Shown here piece by piece: positions 44,732 to 58,100 of a stretch of DNA of 64,000 nt (the stretch's first letter is position 1; every line of letters starts with the position of its first letter). The stretch comes from Macrostomum lignano (Eukaryota), in the NCBI GenBank assembly GCA_002269645.1, contig NIVC01000255.1, positions 310,001 through 374,000 on the forward strand, written 5' to 3'. The notes beneath the pieces were generated by a model that did no database searches, was not told the DNA's origin, and was given only the letters and a program-made list of their open reading frames with translations. The position numbers were made by a program, and so were the translations under genes.

Positions 44732-45919
44732 ATTAGATGATGCATTGCAAGTGAGACACTAATGTAATTTACATTGGCAAGTTGTGACGTGACAAGCGAG
44801 CCTTGTAGCCAGCTGCTACCGTTAGTCAAGCTCAAGCGCGACCCGTCTCACCGGCTGACGCTGGACGCTATACCGAATGCACTCTATGAGAATGAGATTG
44901 TGTACAGAGTGTTGAATAGGCATGCGCCGACTATACGTAAGCCTGGCAGCCCATCTTCCCAATATACTAAAACTGACGCGATGTTTGTGTGTATGTATGT
45001 TGTAAGTGAACTCCTACAATTCTGCCAAGTCAGCGTCGAAACTTATATGGGAAAACTGAAAATTTTCCGGAGCAGGCTTTAGGCTATTTTAATTTTTGAT
45101 TTTCACATTTTAACATCCCTAAAAAAAGCAAAAAACTGCTTTTTTAACCCCCAATAACCTTCTTTGGCCACTCTGACTGGGGCTGCAGCCAGTTTGTAAA
45201 AATAGCCACCCCTACCTCCGCCCGCGGGCCGCTGTGTATTGAGGGGTGGTGGGTGCGCGTGTTCTGCGTTCAATGCAAATAAAACCCCCCGCGTATTGGG
45301 GGGTCAAGTTAAATTTAATGCTTCCCCCAGAACGGGGGTTGGGCTTGGGCTGAGTGTACATAGCAGTTGTACAGTGTCAATAGATAGGACTGTGTCGAGA
45401 TTCAATTAGTTTTATTATTGGCGCCTTTTTTCTCCATAGGCAGCCCTGTGTATTAGCTTAGCAGTGAAATTCAATGAATTGTGAGCTTCTTTAGCAAGCA
45501 GTCGGGAAATCGGTAAATTTCAAACGCTAACTGTTCCTCGAGTTTTAGACTTTGAGAGGAGAAACTTATATTGCTGGAAAGATCTTGCAACGCAGAGTTC
45601 GGGGATATAAGTTGTTTGCTTTAAATATGAAAAGAAAAATCACCGCATTTAAAAAAACTATTTCCATACTTTTAACTTTCTGCAAAAATTGTAATCAGTT
45701 TTGCGAGACGTAATAGATAAAGTTAGGGGAGGGTTCAACTTCTCACTGCTGCTGTGTATTAGAGGTTTGATTTAGATTGCGCAATGTTTTTGTTAACTTT
45801 AACTTAGACTGATACTGACTGACTGTGAAATCGTTTGCGCAATGAATTGATTCAATTAGTTCAGTATTTTATCACTGCCTTTTAACACGAAGCTGTGCGT
45901 AGTTCTAACCCTAACCCTA

Positions 45920-46310
45920 ACCCTAACCAATGAATCCGGAGAGTTGAGTTGTTTGACGAAAAAATTCGATTGAGTCCAGTTTAGCGGAGACGATTTCAAT
46001 GTTTTAATTTTGACGGAGAGAATTTCTGTTTCGTGGAGAGGATTTCGATGGTGTTCAGTTTCACGGAGAGGTTTCGATGATGTTCAGCTTCACGGAGAGG
46101 ATTTCGATGATGTTCAGCTTCACGGAGAGGATTTCTGTTTCGGGGAGATAATTTATGATTGATTTCTGTTTTATGGAGACGATTTTGATGAATTTAAGTT
46201 TCAAGGAGATGATTTCGAAGGAGTCCAGTTTCACGGAGAGGATTTCGATGGTTTTCAGCTGCACGGACAGGATTTCTGCTTCGCGGAGAGGATCTTGATG
46301 GATTTGGAAT
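45920..46310. repeat. 30-bp minisatellite (GTTCAGCTTCACGGAGAGGATTTCGATGAT)
   Basis: Tandem diverged units. Confidence 0.8.
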
Positions 46311-46319
46311 CTTCAATCA

Positions 46320-47310
46320 GTCACAGAAGAGAGTAAAGAGAAAAATGAAAATAGAAGAGGGATGAGATGATAGAAAACAGAGTAGAAATGAGTGGAGAGA
46401 TTAGACATGACAGAAGGGAGAGAAGAGGGGAGTAAGGCGGGAACGGAGAGAGAAGAGAAGAGAAGAGAAGAGCGGAGATACGAGGGGAGATATGAGATAG
46501 CAGAGAGGAGACAGGAGAGATAAGAGGAGAGAGAAGAGAGGAGGGATAAGAGCGTACAGAGGAAATAGAAGAGGAGAGAGTAGAGGAGAAAGAAAAGAGT
46601 ACAGATGAGAGATGAGAGAGGAGAGGAGGGAGGAGATGAAGGGAGAGGATATGAGAGAGGAGATATGAGATAGCAGAGAGGAGACAGGAGAGAGAAGAAA
46701 GGAGGGATAAGAGCGTACAGAGGCAATAGAAGAGAGGAGAGAGGTGAGAGGTGAGAGGAGAGAGATGAAAGATCGGAGATCAGAGATTTAAGAGAAGAAA
46801 GTAGTGAGGAGAAAGAAAAGGGCAAAGATGAGAGTGCAGAGAGGAGAGAAACGTAAGGAGACAGGTGGTAGAAAGGAGTGTAAAAAACAGGAGATAAGAA
46901 AGGAGAGGGTGAGAGTGAGAGCATATAGGAAAGTGTAAAAGGGGAGCAGAGGAGAGAGAATAGATAAGTGAGTAGAGAAGAGATATGAGAGAGGAAAGAC
47001 GAGGGGAGAGAGGAGACAGGAGAGAGTAAATTTTAAAGACCTGGGAGAAGAGATAAATAAGATAGTACAGATGAAAGGAGAGAGAGGAGAGATTAGAGAT
47101 GCAATTAGAAAAGAGATAAGTGAGAAAAGAGAGATAGAGATTTGAGAAGAGAGGAGAGAAGATGAGAGGAGAAAGGAAAGGAGAGAAGAGAGAATGGAGA
47201 GGAGAGAAAAGAGAGAAGACAGGAGACGGTAGTAAGGAGGGCAGAAAGATAAAAGATAAGAAAGGAGAGGGTGATATGAGAGATATGAGATATGAGAAAT
47301 GAGAGCAGAG
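46320..47310. repeat. GA-rich low-complexity tract
   Basis: Composition; the antisense L/S/P/F ORFs are artefacts. Confidence 0.9.
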
Positions 47311-47521
47311 ACATGACAGTCCGAGTCTGGACAATGCCAGTGAGTTTTGCAAATAGGGAAAACAAGATATCCGGTAATTGAAATGCATTGTAAAGGATTT
47401 GGAGATGATTTGGAAGATGGGATTCAAGTCATGGAATTTCAGCTGATGGGAGTTCTTCCCCTTCAGAATTCCGTTGATGGAAGTTCTTCCCCTCTCTTTT
47501 CCGAAGGAGGAGTTCCACTCG

Positions 47522-47870
47522 TCTACATATAAAAATCTAAACTGTGCGTGTGTCTGTGTGTGGACAATTTTGATCCCTATGGACTCCCAAACCGCTCAAC
47601 CAAATTACACCAAACTTTACACCCACCCTAAACTCACTACGGAGAATGTCTTAGGCTACCTTTAAATTTCCTAGACTCAAGTCTTCCTACCTAAAAGTAT
47701 AAAAAACTGCTCAAAATGCGCGATTTTTTCACTAAATCCTCCATATCGCCGCTCCAGTTTTACCAATCCTCTTCCAACTTGACACGAACAATCTTCAACT
47801 ATTTTGACACAATCGTGTAAAATTTCGAGTCTCAAAGTTAATCCTGAGCGGTGCTGTGCACTTTTAAAGT
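47522..47870 (+). mobile_element. Lep1-like Helitron fragment
   Basis: TCTACATATAAAAATC...TGTGCGTGTGTCTGTGTGTG...AAACCGCTCAACCAAATTACACCAAACTT resembles the other 5' ends. Confidence 0.5.
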
Positions 47871-48699
47871 TAGGCTGCTTTTTTCAGCGAGACAGCCACC
47901 CCAACCTCCGCCCGCCTGCCTCTCTTTCCCGATCTGGGCCCAGATGTGTAAAAGGGGTTTCACTTTCAGCTGCCATAAGTTTGCTCCACGTAAAGCGATT
48001 GACTTTAAACTTGACACAATTCTTCATTAACTCATTTTTCTCTATCTAAATGTAGAGTTTCAACTCTGTAACTCAACCGAAAAAGAAACTGTAAGCATGT
48101 GAAGTTTGTCTGCTTTTTCTGTTGTTTGTGCCACTCACTCACTCACTCGCTCATTCCCCCAGAGCCAGACCAAGGGTCAGGCGATAGGGCTGAATGTACA
48201 TGGCAATGTACAGTGGTATGGAATAGCTTTGTTTATGGCCTTCTCTGCACCCCCGTGGAGAGGCTACGTTTAGCCATCCATAACAGTTTAGTGAGAAATT
48301 CTAACCACTGTCCTGTATAGGCAAACTCTGCAGCAGTTTAACAGTAGATGGCAAATCAAGGTAATCCAGCATGGTTTGTAAAAGCGAAAGATTTATGAAA
48401 AGGCGAGGCAATGCACTACAACCCTACTAAATTAGGCACACCATGGAAATTAAAGGTTTCTCTTAAAGGTACTTTAAAATTTAAATGGCCTCCTAAGAAA
48501 TGCGTATTTCCTTTGTTGTTAGACTGATGCAGACTGCAGCGGAGCTGAAGATACACAAATTCTTTTCAGGGCTGCAAATTGGCAAGAAAGATAACATGAT
48601 CAAAGCATGAGAACAGCCATGAGAGTACTATGTCCCACAAACTGGCTTTCCAAGCAGGAATGGGCAGACTTTTACCTCAAAGGCCAGAAAAGAATCTAG

Positions 48700-50270
48700 C
48701 TTATGGCTGAGGGGGCAGTTGAGAGTGGAGAGAAGGAATAGAGTATTCGAAAAGAGAGGACAGGTGAGAGAGGGAATAAGAGAAATGATAAAAGGTAATA
48801 GGAGAGATGTATGAGTGAGGACGATGAGAGGAGAGAGTAGAGAGGAGCGAGTAGAGAGGAGAAAGTAGAGGAGCGAGTAGAGATGAGAGAGTAGATGAGC
48901 GAGTAGAGAAGCGAGTAGAGGAGAGAGTAGAGAGTAGAGTAGCGAGTGGAGAGGAGAGAGTAAAGAGGAGCGGGTAGAGAGGAGCGAGTAGAAGAGCGAG
49001 TAGAGAGGAGAGGAGAGAGGAGAGAGTAGAAGAGCGAGTAGAGAGTAGAGGAGCGAGTAGAGAGGAGAGAGTAGAGAGCTGCAGATGAGAGGAGAGCAGA
49101 GAGAAGAGCAGAGAGGAGTTAGTAAAGGGGAGAAAATAGAGATAAGAGAGTACATGGAAGAGAGAAGAGATAGGTTGTACAGATAAGAGAGGTGTAAAGA
49201 GAGATGAGAGATAAAGGAGGAGAGTGGAGAGAGAACAAACGAGACAAGAGAGGTAGAGAATATATAGAAGAGGGAAGAGAAGAGAAGAGAAGAAAGGAGA
49301 AAGGAAAGTGAGGAGACAAAAGAGAGGAAAGAAAAGAGTACAGAGGACAGAATGAGACATATAAGACAGTAAAGATGACAGATGAAAGAGGGGGATGAGC
49401 TGAGAGCAGAGACGAAAATGAACAGACGACAGATGGGAGAGTAGAGAGAACAGAGGAGAGATAAGAGAGAAGAGATTACAGAGACAAGAGGAGAGACAAA
49501 GGGAGAGAGAAGTGAATGAGGCGAGAGGAGAGAAAAGAGGAGAATGGGGGGAGAGAGTAGAGGGGAGAAGAAAGATGGGAGAGGAGAGATAAGAGAGAGG
49601 GGGAAGCAGAGAGAGAGGGGGGAACCAGAGAGAGAGAGGGGGGAACCAGAGAGAGAGGGGGAAGCAGAGAGAGGGAGGCAGCAGAGAGAAATGAAAAGAG
49701 GTAAAAGAGAAGAGATAGAAGAGAAAGGAGAGATCAGAGAGCAAATAAAGACGAGAGAGAAGAGAAGTAAAGGAAAAGACGAGAGAAGATTGGGAGGAGA
49801 GGAAAGAGAATAGAAGAGAAAAGAAGATAAAAGATAAAGGAGAGAAAAGAGGAGAATAGAGGGGAGAGAGTAGAGAGAAGAAAGATGGGAGAGGAGAGAT
49901 AAGAGAGAGGGGGGAAGCAGAGAGAGAGAGGGGGAAGTAGAGAGGGAGGAAGCAGAGAGAAATGAAAAGAGATAAAAGAGAAGAGAGAGAAGAGAAAGGA
50001 GAGATCAGAGAGCAAATAAAGACGAGAGAGAAGAGAGGTGAAGCAAAAGACGAGAGAAGAGCTAATAGGAAAGAGAAAAGAAGATTAAAGAAGATAAAAG
50101 AGATGAGATAAGAGAGATTAAAAAGAAGAGAAATGAGGGAAGATACGAGAGAAGAGGGGAGAGAGGAAAAAGAGAAGAGAGGAGAGGAGAGAGAGCAGAG
50201 AGGAGAGACGAGGGACGAGAGAGAGAAGAGAGGAAACAGAAGAGAAGATAGAAGTTTCAAAGGATCCAAG
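48700..50270. repeat. GA-rich low-complexity tract with internal duplications
   Basis: Composition; 49540-49800 is repeated at 49860-50070. Confidence 0.9.
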
Positions 50271-53099
50271 GGACGTAGTGAGAGTCAGAGGCAGAGGCCA
50301 GAGTTTGCCAATACATGTTTTAGGGTCAGACAGACATTAATTGCCTATTTAAAGTAAAAAGCACCCTAGCCAACAATATCAATGTTTGCCTCAAATCCTA
50401 ATTGTACGCGAATGTACTCCATTTTGTTTACCTCTATCCTACTAACTAACTATTAACAGGTTTTTGATTCAGTATGGGCTCAGATTTCAGAATACATGCA
50501 AAAATAGTTCCGGAGATTGGAATTCCCCGGGTTCAAATTCCGCGGGTTTCAACAGCTTGTCTATTATATTTGCACATATTCACCAGACGACCGGTCATCA
50601 ACTGTACACATTTTTGCATCAGATACTGTCGAACGAACCTATTCGCAGACTTGTAAATCATATTTTAATCGTTTTGCCATTATAGAATATATTATACAAT
50701 CATTTTGCGAATATATTTGGCAACAGTTGTCACGTATGAATATAATGACCGTGTATTAAAATTTGATTCGGTACGGATATCATATTAATTGCTGTTGTTG
50801 GTTGTGTACGTCATTTTCTAATTTATGCAAACATTCTTCAATTGTATAACAGACACGTTACATGTAAAGTTTATTAATCGCTTTATGTATTTTCGGCGGA
50901 AGGGATTTACGCATTTTAAAATTTATAATTCCCACATTATATGTGATGGTATAATATGGGGTTTATATATTTGGCTTACAAGATTCGAGCCAAAACTTTA
51001 TAATCAATGTATTTGTTGAAACAACCCAGGTGTGTGTGTGGCCCATAAAATATGTAAAAATATGTACATGTGTGCATATAATGTGCTAATTTATACAAGT
51101 GTCCTTAAAATTTACCATTACACATAACGCATACAAAGGTTAATTATTTTGTTTAAAATGGACAATGGTTGCCTAAATGTGGCCTCCAAAGTTACACGAT
51201 TTGGCTTTTATTCTAACAATATAGTGTTATAATCTTCTATATAATAGTAGTAGGTATGAAATTTATATATATTGTATATTCGCTTAGAATATACATTTAT
51301 ACTAATGATATTAATTATGATGAACATTAGAAAGATTATATGGTTATATATGGAAGACTATATGGAAGGAATGCCTATTACTATTTCAATCCACATATAC
51401 TAAATGCCTAAGATCTGTCTGAGATCTGTCTGTAAGAGCCAATCCAAAATTATTTGAACTCAATTTAATCACAACTATACGACATACCAATATCAATTTC
51501 TATGGTGACGAAAAAGTCGCAGAGCAATAGAAAAAAGTCCCGTTCCATGAATGTTGGCTCTTTGACTAGCGGCTAATTCTACGGTCTAATTCAATCCCGC
51601 TGCTAATTCTGTAGCCATGAAATTTACAAAATTTAGCAATTAATTGCATATCATTGACAGTAAAAGTGATGCTGCCCTTGTCAATGAGCTGAGCAGTGTA
51701 CTGACTGCAATGCACTGCAGCGAGTGCAGCGAGCTAAATTTTTATAATTTTTCCAGGTTGGCCAACTACATCCGCTAGTGCCATCAAGCTGCTCATTTTA
51801 TCGAGCCAATTGACATCAGATATGTTCTACTGAGCCAGCAATAGCAACAGCAGCATCCAGCTCCAATATTGTTAATTCAAAACTAAATTTACCCAATTTA
51901 TATATAACATAAGTCCATATTATTTAACTAAATCATGCCTTATCCTGTAGACATTCAAAATGACACAGTGCATGACATCATCCGTGTGCACAAATTCGTT
52001 GAGCTCAACATGGACAGGCCACAGTTTCATTGGCTCAGGCAACTCAAGTAGTTAGACCTAACAGAATTTGTATAGCCATATTTACTTTGAGCACTCTCTC
52101 GAGTGGGTGGGTATTGTGTATGACATATTATGTGCAGAGTGGCATCATCCTGTATTGCATTGATTGATTTGTTGATTGGTTGATTGCAGTTATTTTATAA
52201 AGAGATATATGTTTCACTAGTCAATATTTTGAGTAGCACTATATACATTTTGGTCATTGAGCCCATTGCTATGTAATTTGGGCTTCTATGTAATATGATT
52301 ATATTAATAAATTTATCTACTTGAGACAATCACGGCTACCTATTGTCACATATGAATAGAATGACTGTTTAATAGATTTTGGTTTGGTACAGATATCATA
52401 TGTATCAGATATCATTTCATACCAAGATCGGATTTAAAAGATTTGTGTATATATGTACATGTAATGTGGTAATTTATACAAATATTCTTGAAATTTATAA
52501 TTACACACAATGCATATAAAGGTTGATCGACAAGCGACAAGGTCATATGCCTTAAACTGTCTATTTTAGTGATTATAAATTTTGTTATGAACCTGTAAAA
52601 ATTACGGGTTTTTTGGAAAAGGGACAGTTGACACTGTCTTTAATTTTCGTTTTTCGTTTTCGATATAGGGGTCAATTAAATTGTGTTTTGAGCATGTCTA
52701 TAGTTTTCGGTTTTCGTCTTTCGTTTTTCGCTTTCGATGAAGCATCATTTATGTATAATAGGGACGAATCAGGGATTCCCCGAATCAGGAATTAGATTTC
52801 CGGTGGTCCAACTCATCTTTCTCTTTGTCATGGTCAGCGGTATTGCTAGGAATCGGGCAATAACGCCCTCGCTTGCGTATCGCAGTTTGCTACATCTATA
52901 TTATTGCTTTGACGTTGACGTCGTTGACGTCAGTTTTGCTCCGAATACCACAACTTTCGATGGACTTTTCTTCGCGCAAAGTCTAAACATTCGATTATTA
53001 TTCTCTTATACGCCTAAAAGACGGCTATTATCATTCGATATCTGTGCCGATAGTGAGCAGTGTATAATAAGCTAATTGCCCCGATTTAGCATCTGCTGC

Positions 53100-53877
53100 A
53101 AGGCCAACAGATGCTGAAAATTGTTGAAAATTTCCTGCAGCTGGCTGCGGTATTGTGGCTAGCTTGCTGCAGCTGCAGCAAGTTGATTTATGGCAGCTTG
53201 CTGCTGCCATACCATACCATACTGCCACTGAAACAACAGAGCCTGCTGCTGCTGAACCTGCTGCTGCTGAGCCTGCTGCTGCTGCTGAGCCTGCTGCTGC
53301 TGCTGAGCCTGCTGCTGCTGCTGCTGCTGTTACTGAGCTTTATAATGCCGCGTCGCCAGGCCACGTCCGCACGGCACTACCTGGCGCGTGCCGGGCTGTC
53401 GGCGTTGAGAACGTTGAGCACTTTGCGCTGCCGCTGCTGACGCTGATAGCGCAGCGTTAGAAAGCCAGCAGTTGTGCTTCGGCCGGATTGGCTGGCCTGC
53501 TCACCATCATGCAGCAGCCTCTTGGCTTCTTGCACAGCAACTTTAAAGTTGGCCTTGCGCTTGAGCGCCGTGCTCGGCAACGTTGGAGTAACACCTTTGG
53601 TCAAGTCCTCCTTGGCCCTCTGTGTTTCCTTTGAACGTCGCCGATAACGACGCTTTTTGGATTTCGAGGCAGGGGACTACGCCTCGGTGGATTGCTCCGC
53701 GGGAACAATAGCATCAGTCTTGGCGCTTGCCATAACCTCGGCCATAGCCTCAGTCTCTAGTCTGAGACTGGCCATAGTCTCAGCCATAGCCGTGGCGGAT
53801 TGCTATTATCGGCACAGATATCATTAAAAGCGTCGATGTATACAACATCAACTTCATTATTCAAAGAAGACATAATG
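53100..53877 (-). pseudogene. Decayed orphan ORF (MSSLNNEVD..., basic NLS-like stretch, Gln/Ala-rich tail)
   Basis: Readable through one frameshift (~53790) and two TAG stops: AMAETMASLRLE...EA*SPASKSKKRRYRRRSK...ARAR*. Confidence 0.4.
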
Positions 53878-54344
53878 AGGCAAGTAGACAAACAAACAAA
53901 CAAACAAACAAAACAAGACAAGACAAACAAAAATAAACAAGTAGACAAACAAATAAATTTTATAATAAATAATAAGCAAGCTTGTTTTAGTTGATTTAAT
54001 TACAAATCAAGTCAACTAAAATAAAAAAATGAACTCAAGCGATAAACAAGAATAGTATATTCAGGCATATACAGGCATAGCTCCATTTTTCATCTGCGCA
54101 CTCGTTTATATAGCCCATGTCTATCGTCTGTGGTCTATAGTCTATGGCTCGCAAACCCCCTATGCCCGAATAAGCGTAAACAACTGTCTATGGCTCCCAA
54201 ACCCCCTATGCCATAGACTGTCTATGGCTTCCAAAACTCCTATTCCCGAATAAGCGAAAACAACTGTCTAGAAGCCTGCTCTCCCAGACCTAAACCGTTA
54301 CAATTTTTCCAGACTTATGAGACTTTCCTCATTATATTTGTAAC

Positions 54345-54910
54345 TATGAAAGATGATACTGCTTCCCTTACTTCTTGGTTTTTGGATAAATTTGGCCCTG
54401 CTCTGTCTACTGTGCCCGACATCGCTATGAATTTTGAGGTGTCCGACGCGCCTGATTCTGTGCCCGACATCGCTATGAATGTCGGCTGATCAGGTGCCCA
54501 TGCTTCATGTATCTGAGGTGTTTGAGGTGCCCACGATCTGTCACATCGTCAAGGCGCAAGATTCTACCCTAGCTCGCGTGCCCTACTTGGAAGCACTCAC
54601 AGTCGATCTCGATCTGTCGGCTGACGATGTGCCCATAACTACTAACGCGCCGCCCGGTAATATGGTGAAAGGTGGGTTTCTGGAGCAATTATTTGAGGAA
54701 GGTGCTCCTAACTTGTCGGACCCACCTTGTGTGATTTTTATTGCTGTCTCAGAAGGCATGTATCCAGAATTGAGACAAATATTAGATTATTTTTTCCCTA
54801 AGAATCAGGAAATTGCTGCCACGTCCTCGAGAGGTGAGGTAAGCGCGGAGGTCACGGTGCAATACGCACATGCCCGCTCTGCTCTTTCAAAGTTCGGGGG
54901 GATAGAATAG
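54345..54910 (+). pseudogene. Decayed orphan ORF, divergent from the preceding one
   Basis: MKDDTASLTSWFLDKFGP... is joined by one frameshift to the 143-aa ORF 54479-54910. Confidence 0.4.
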
Positions 54911-55969
54911 TGCAGCATTGTCAGTCAGTACATAACCTAAGTGCGAAGTAAGGATAAAAGCGATCAAATTGCTTACTCTGTATGAGGCTAAAGCCAGTAC
55001 AACTCGCGGAAAAGGAAATCTAGGGATCCTTTTGTGCCCATTTTGCCATAATATGTCAGTGAAAAGAGCTTGAAAAAGCATCTTATTAAGAAGCATAGGG
55101 GGCTATAAGGAGCTATAAGACACCCACACAAGGGCAGTCGACAGCCGATCCACTTTTGCGGCTACCACTGCTGCTGGCCACATCGGCGAGCCTCACCTGC
55201 CTCAGCCTGCGGACAGAGATGCAGGACATGCTGCCCAAACCTGCGGTAGCTTCGTCTTCACGGCTTCAGCAAAAAGACGCTGTCAGCCAAATCACTGAGC
55301 AGTCTGCTGGCACGTGTTTTGCAAAGATTTCATCTTGCATCTGTTTTTCATGGCGATGGCTTTGATGGCTTGGATTGAGGTACATGTAGATATCTTATAT
55401 TGCATATAACTGCGTACTATATTTTTTTCCAGATGCTCACACAGTTACAATCCTGGTGCGAGTCAACTTTTTTCAGTAAAATATCACCCAATATCGGATA
55501 TAAGAAAGTTTATAGTAATGTGGTAGGAAACTGGAAAACATCCTATTTTTAGCCTTTTGGCTTAATGCGTTATAAAAAGTTAATGATTTTCAGACAATGA
55601 TGTGTGACCTACCTTCAACGAATATTTTACGTTGCTTCTTTTCTACTTCACGCGTATTATTGAACTAGCAAAATGATGACTGGGCAGGTGGCCGTTTCGC
55701 ATGCTGAAAGTTCGATTTCTAGCCAGGCCGGACACGGTTCTACGAGTACGAGAATTGCTCAGCCCTAAGGATTATGCAAAAATTAATTACAATATCAACG
55801 AAGACAGGCTGGATTGAATAGATTTGCCAAGGTAATTTTCGCAACGTTAGCGCAACTGCAAAATATTATAGTGCTGAAACGCTAGCTGAAAAATATTACA
55901 GCTGTAAATCGCGATTCCCCCATCATGAAAATATTTTCCGTTTTACCATGCGATTAATAAAATTCACAA

Positions 55970-56287
55970 TTAGTCATCAGTGCCAAAACAAAATACAGTT
56001 AGAAGTACAGTTGTTTTACAAGTATGTTTTACATGTTTTACATGATCACACCAGAGGCTTTTTGGTGCAGAATAAATATTGCTGAAAGTGAATTGAGAAA
56101 GCGGGTGGGAACGTTTTATGATCTGAGGATCGGGATCTGGGAAACTCACTCTTTTTCGATTTGATGCAGCACCTGGCTGAAACCCGCAGATGAGGCGGCT
56201 GTCGCGGCTGGCTAGTGTAAGGCACTGCTGCATCCAGCAGCTCAGCATGTTCATCGTGTTGATCGGAGCCTGAAAGTTGTCAGCCAT
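55970..56287 (-). CDS. 105-aa orphan ORF containing KRVSF (RVxF-like)
   Basis: ATG ORF that is GC-rich relative to its flanks; no family recognised. Confidence 0.3.
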   Translation of the reverse strand: MADNFQAPINTMNMLSCWMQQCLTLASRDSRLICGFQPGAASNRKRVSFPDPDPQIIKRSHPLSQFTFSNIYSAPKSLWCDHVKHVKHTCKTTVLLTVFCFGTDD

Positions 56288-56558
56288 CGCCCTGATGGTT
56301 GGTAGTGAAAATTCAATTAAACAATCTGTATTTAAATATCAAAATTGTATTGGTCCATGTATTTTAAAACTAGGGAATGTGTAGTGACCTTCGCGAAAGT
56401 TCGATGCATTAGGAATTATTTAAATTTCCCCGTAGAGTACAAATTAAATTCTAAAAAGTTCTCTTACATTAACTAATTTCAATGCTCGCATTTATGAATA
56501 TTGAATGTATTATTTATTACAGTAAGGCAGTACTACAATAATGCAAATCTAATAGGAA

Positions 56559-57035
56559 TCAATAGTTAATATTTGTTTTGTTATAATGCTCAGAATGTTC
56601 TAGAAGTTTCCGTCGATGCTCCTGGTGGCTATAAATAAACGGTGCCCACCTCGGATAATCTTTACTGCGTCGGCGTCGCTTGCGATCTCCAGCAGCAGCG
56701 TCGGTAACAGCAGCAGCAGCAGGTTTGGCTGACGATGCTCGCTGAAGTACCAGCTTGTCGACGGTGGCTTGAATGACCGTCCGATTGTTCAGCATGGCGT
56801 TGGCCCGAGGTTTCAAACAGCGCCGCTGACTGATCAACCAACTCCGGCCGCCCGCCAGCCACAATGTCCAGCTTGGAGCTCCGAAATATATTCGGGCAGA
56901 CGCCGGAACGACAAAGTATCGTTTTGGCGTGATTTTGGCGCAAACGCCTGGCTGAAGGTGAAAACCGACATCCGTTTTCCTCGGTTGGTGCACAGCTAAA
57001 CCGGCGAGTTGGCGACGCCGACGATGCCGTTGCAA
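56559..57035 (-). pseudogene. Orphan ORF(s), probably frameshifted
   Basis: GC-rich coding-like segment with a basic RKRRRRSK stretch, followed by AT-rich 3' sequence. Confidence 0.35.
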
Positions 57036-57112
57036 TGACGGCCGTTTTGCCAGGTGAGCAGCAGCGACCTCATGAATGAGGTCGGCACTGTAAGAACGCT
57101 GCAGCCAACAGA

Positions 57113-58100
57113 CTATATTTTCTTATGACTAACCTCGCGACCATTCAGCTGGATGGTCGAATAGCCATTGTCAGGATTGTTGCACCGACTGGCGCTACTC
57201 GGCCGGAGGTGAGCTATGCGGAGACCGCGCCATGGCCGGACGCGCAGCAGATGCATCGCAGTGGCGTGCGAAGCAAATCTGTTACGCATCTTTACAAAGC
57301 TGTCCTCGTTGGTTGGACCAGTAGAGGCGACCAGTGCGGCGCAGTCGTCCAGGATGATGCACCACTCCACCTTGGTTAGCAGCGTCTCTTTTTTAATCGT
57401 GATGCAGCTTCGCATCCAGCCTATACTCAAAGTCGTGGCGCTGGCAAATAGTTGTGAGCCGCTTCTGAAACAACCTGCGTCTGTTTTCCAGATCGGTAAC
57501 TCAACGTCGGTAATAACGTCGGCCTGCAGTTGCATGCGCTCCACCAGAGATTGAAGATGCGCGCGGTCGTGCTCAACATAGGCTAGCATGTACTGCATGC
57601 ATTTTATTAGTGCTTGCGCCCTGTTTATAACTGTGCTGGTGGCTCGAACCTCCGTTGCGGCGGTCGTTGGGTTGGCTAAGCAGAAGACTAAATCTCGCGG
57701 CTCGACGACTGGACAGCTCTTAGCGGCGGCGGCAGCGGCGGCTGCTGCTGCTGTCATCTTTGAGCTGACCGACAAGATCAGCAAAAAGGTGTCAATGAGG
57801 GCGTCAAGATGGCCGTCAGGCTGGGTTGCGCACGTTTGTTGCATCATTCCAATACAAAGACTGGATTACACGCAGCTGCTGGACAACGGAGCATCGATCG
57901 AATAATGCGCCAATAGCGAGGAATGCCGCAGTGCATCACCCGCCGCGATCGCCTCCTCAGCTGACATGGTTGTCGTCTTTGTCGTCGTCTCCGCTGCACC
58001 GCCGACGCTGACTGCCGCTGCCGCAGTCGAAGACGCGCTTGCTGCCGCTGCCGCCGCCGCCGCCTCCGCAGCTGCACCGCTGGCACTGTCATAACTAGGC
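57113..58100 (-). pseudogene. ~330-codon orphan ORF with one in-frame TAA (~57868)
   Basis: The Ala-rich upstream frame (...SAEEAIAAGDALRHSSLLAHYSIDAPLSSSCV*SSLCIG) is in frame with the 244-aa ORF 57113-57847. Confidence 0.45.

Noticed and set aside
46313-50269. Long minus-strand ORFs (203, 215, 175 and 522 aa) as membrane proteins
   Set aside because: They are L/S/P/F translations of CT-rich low-complexity DNA that cannot contain stops.
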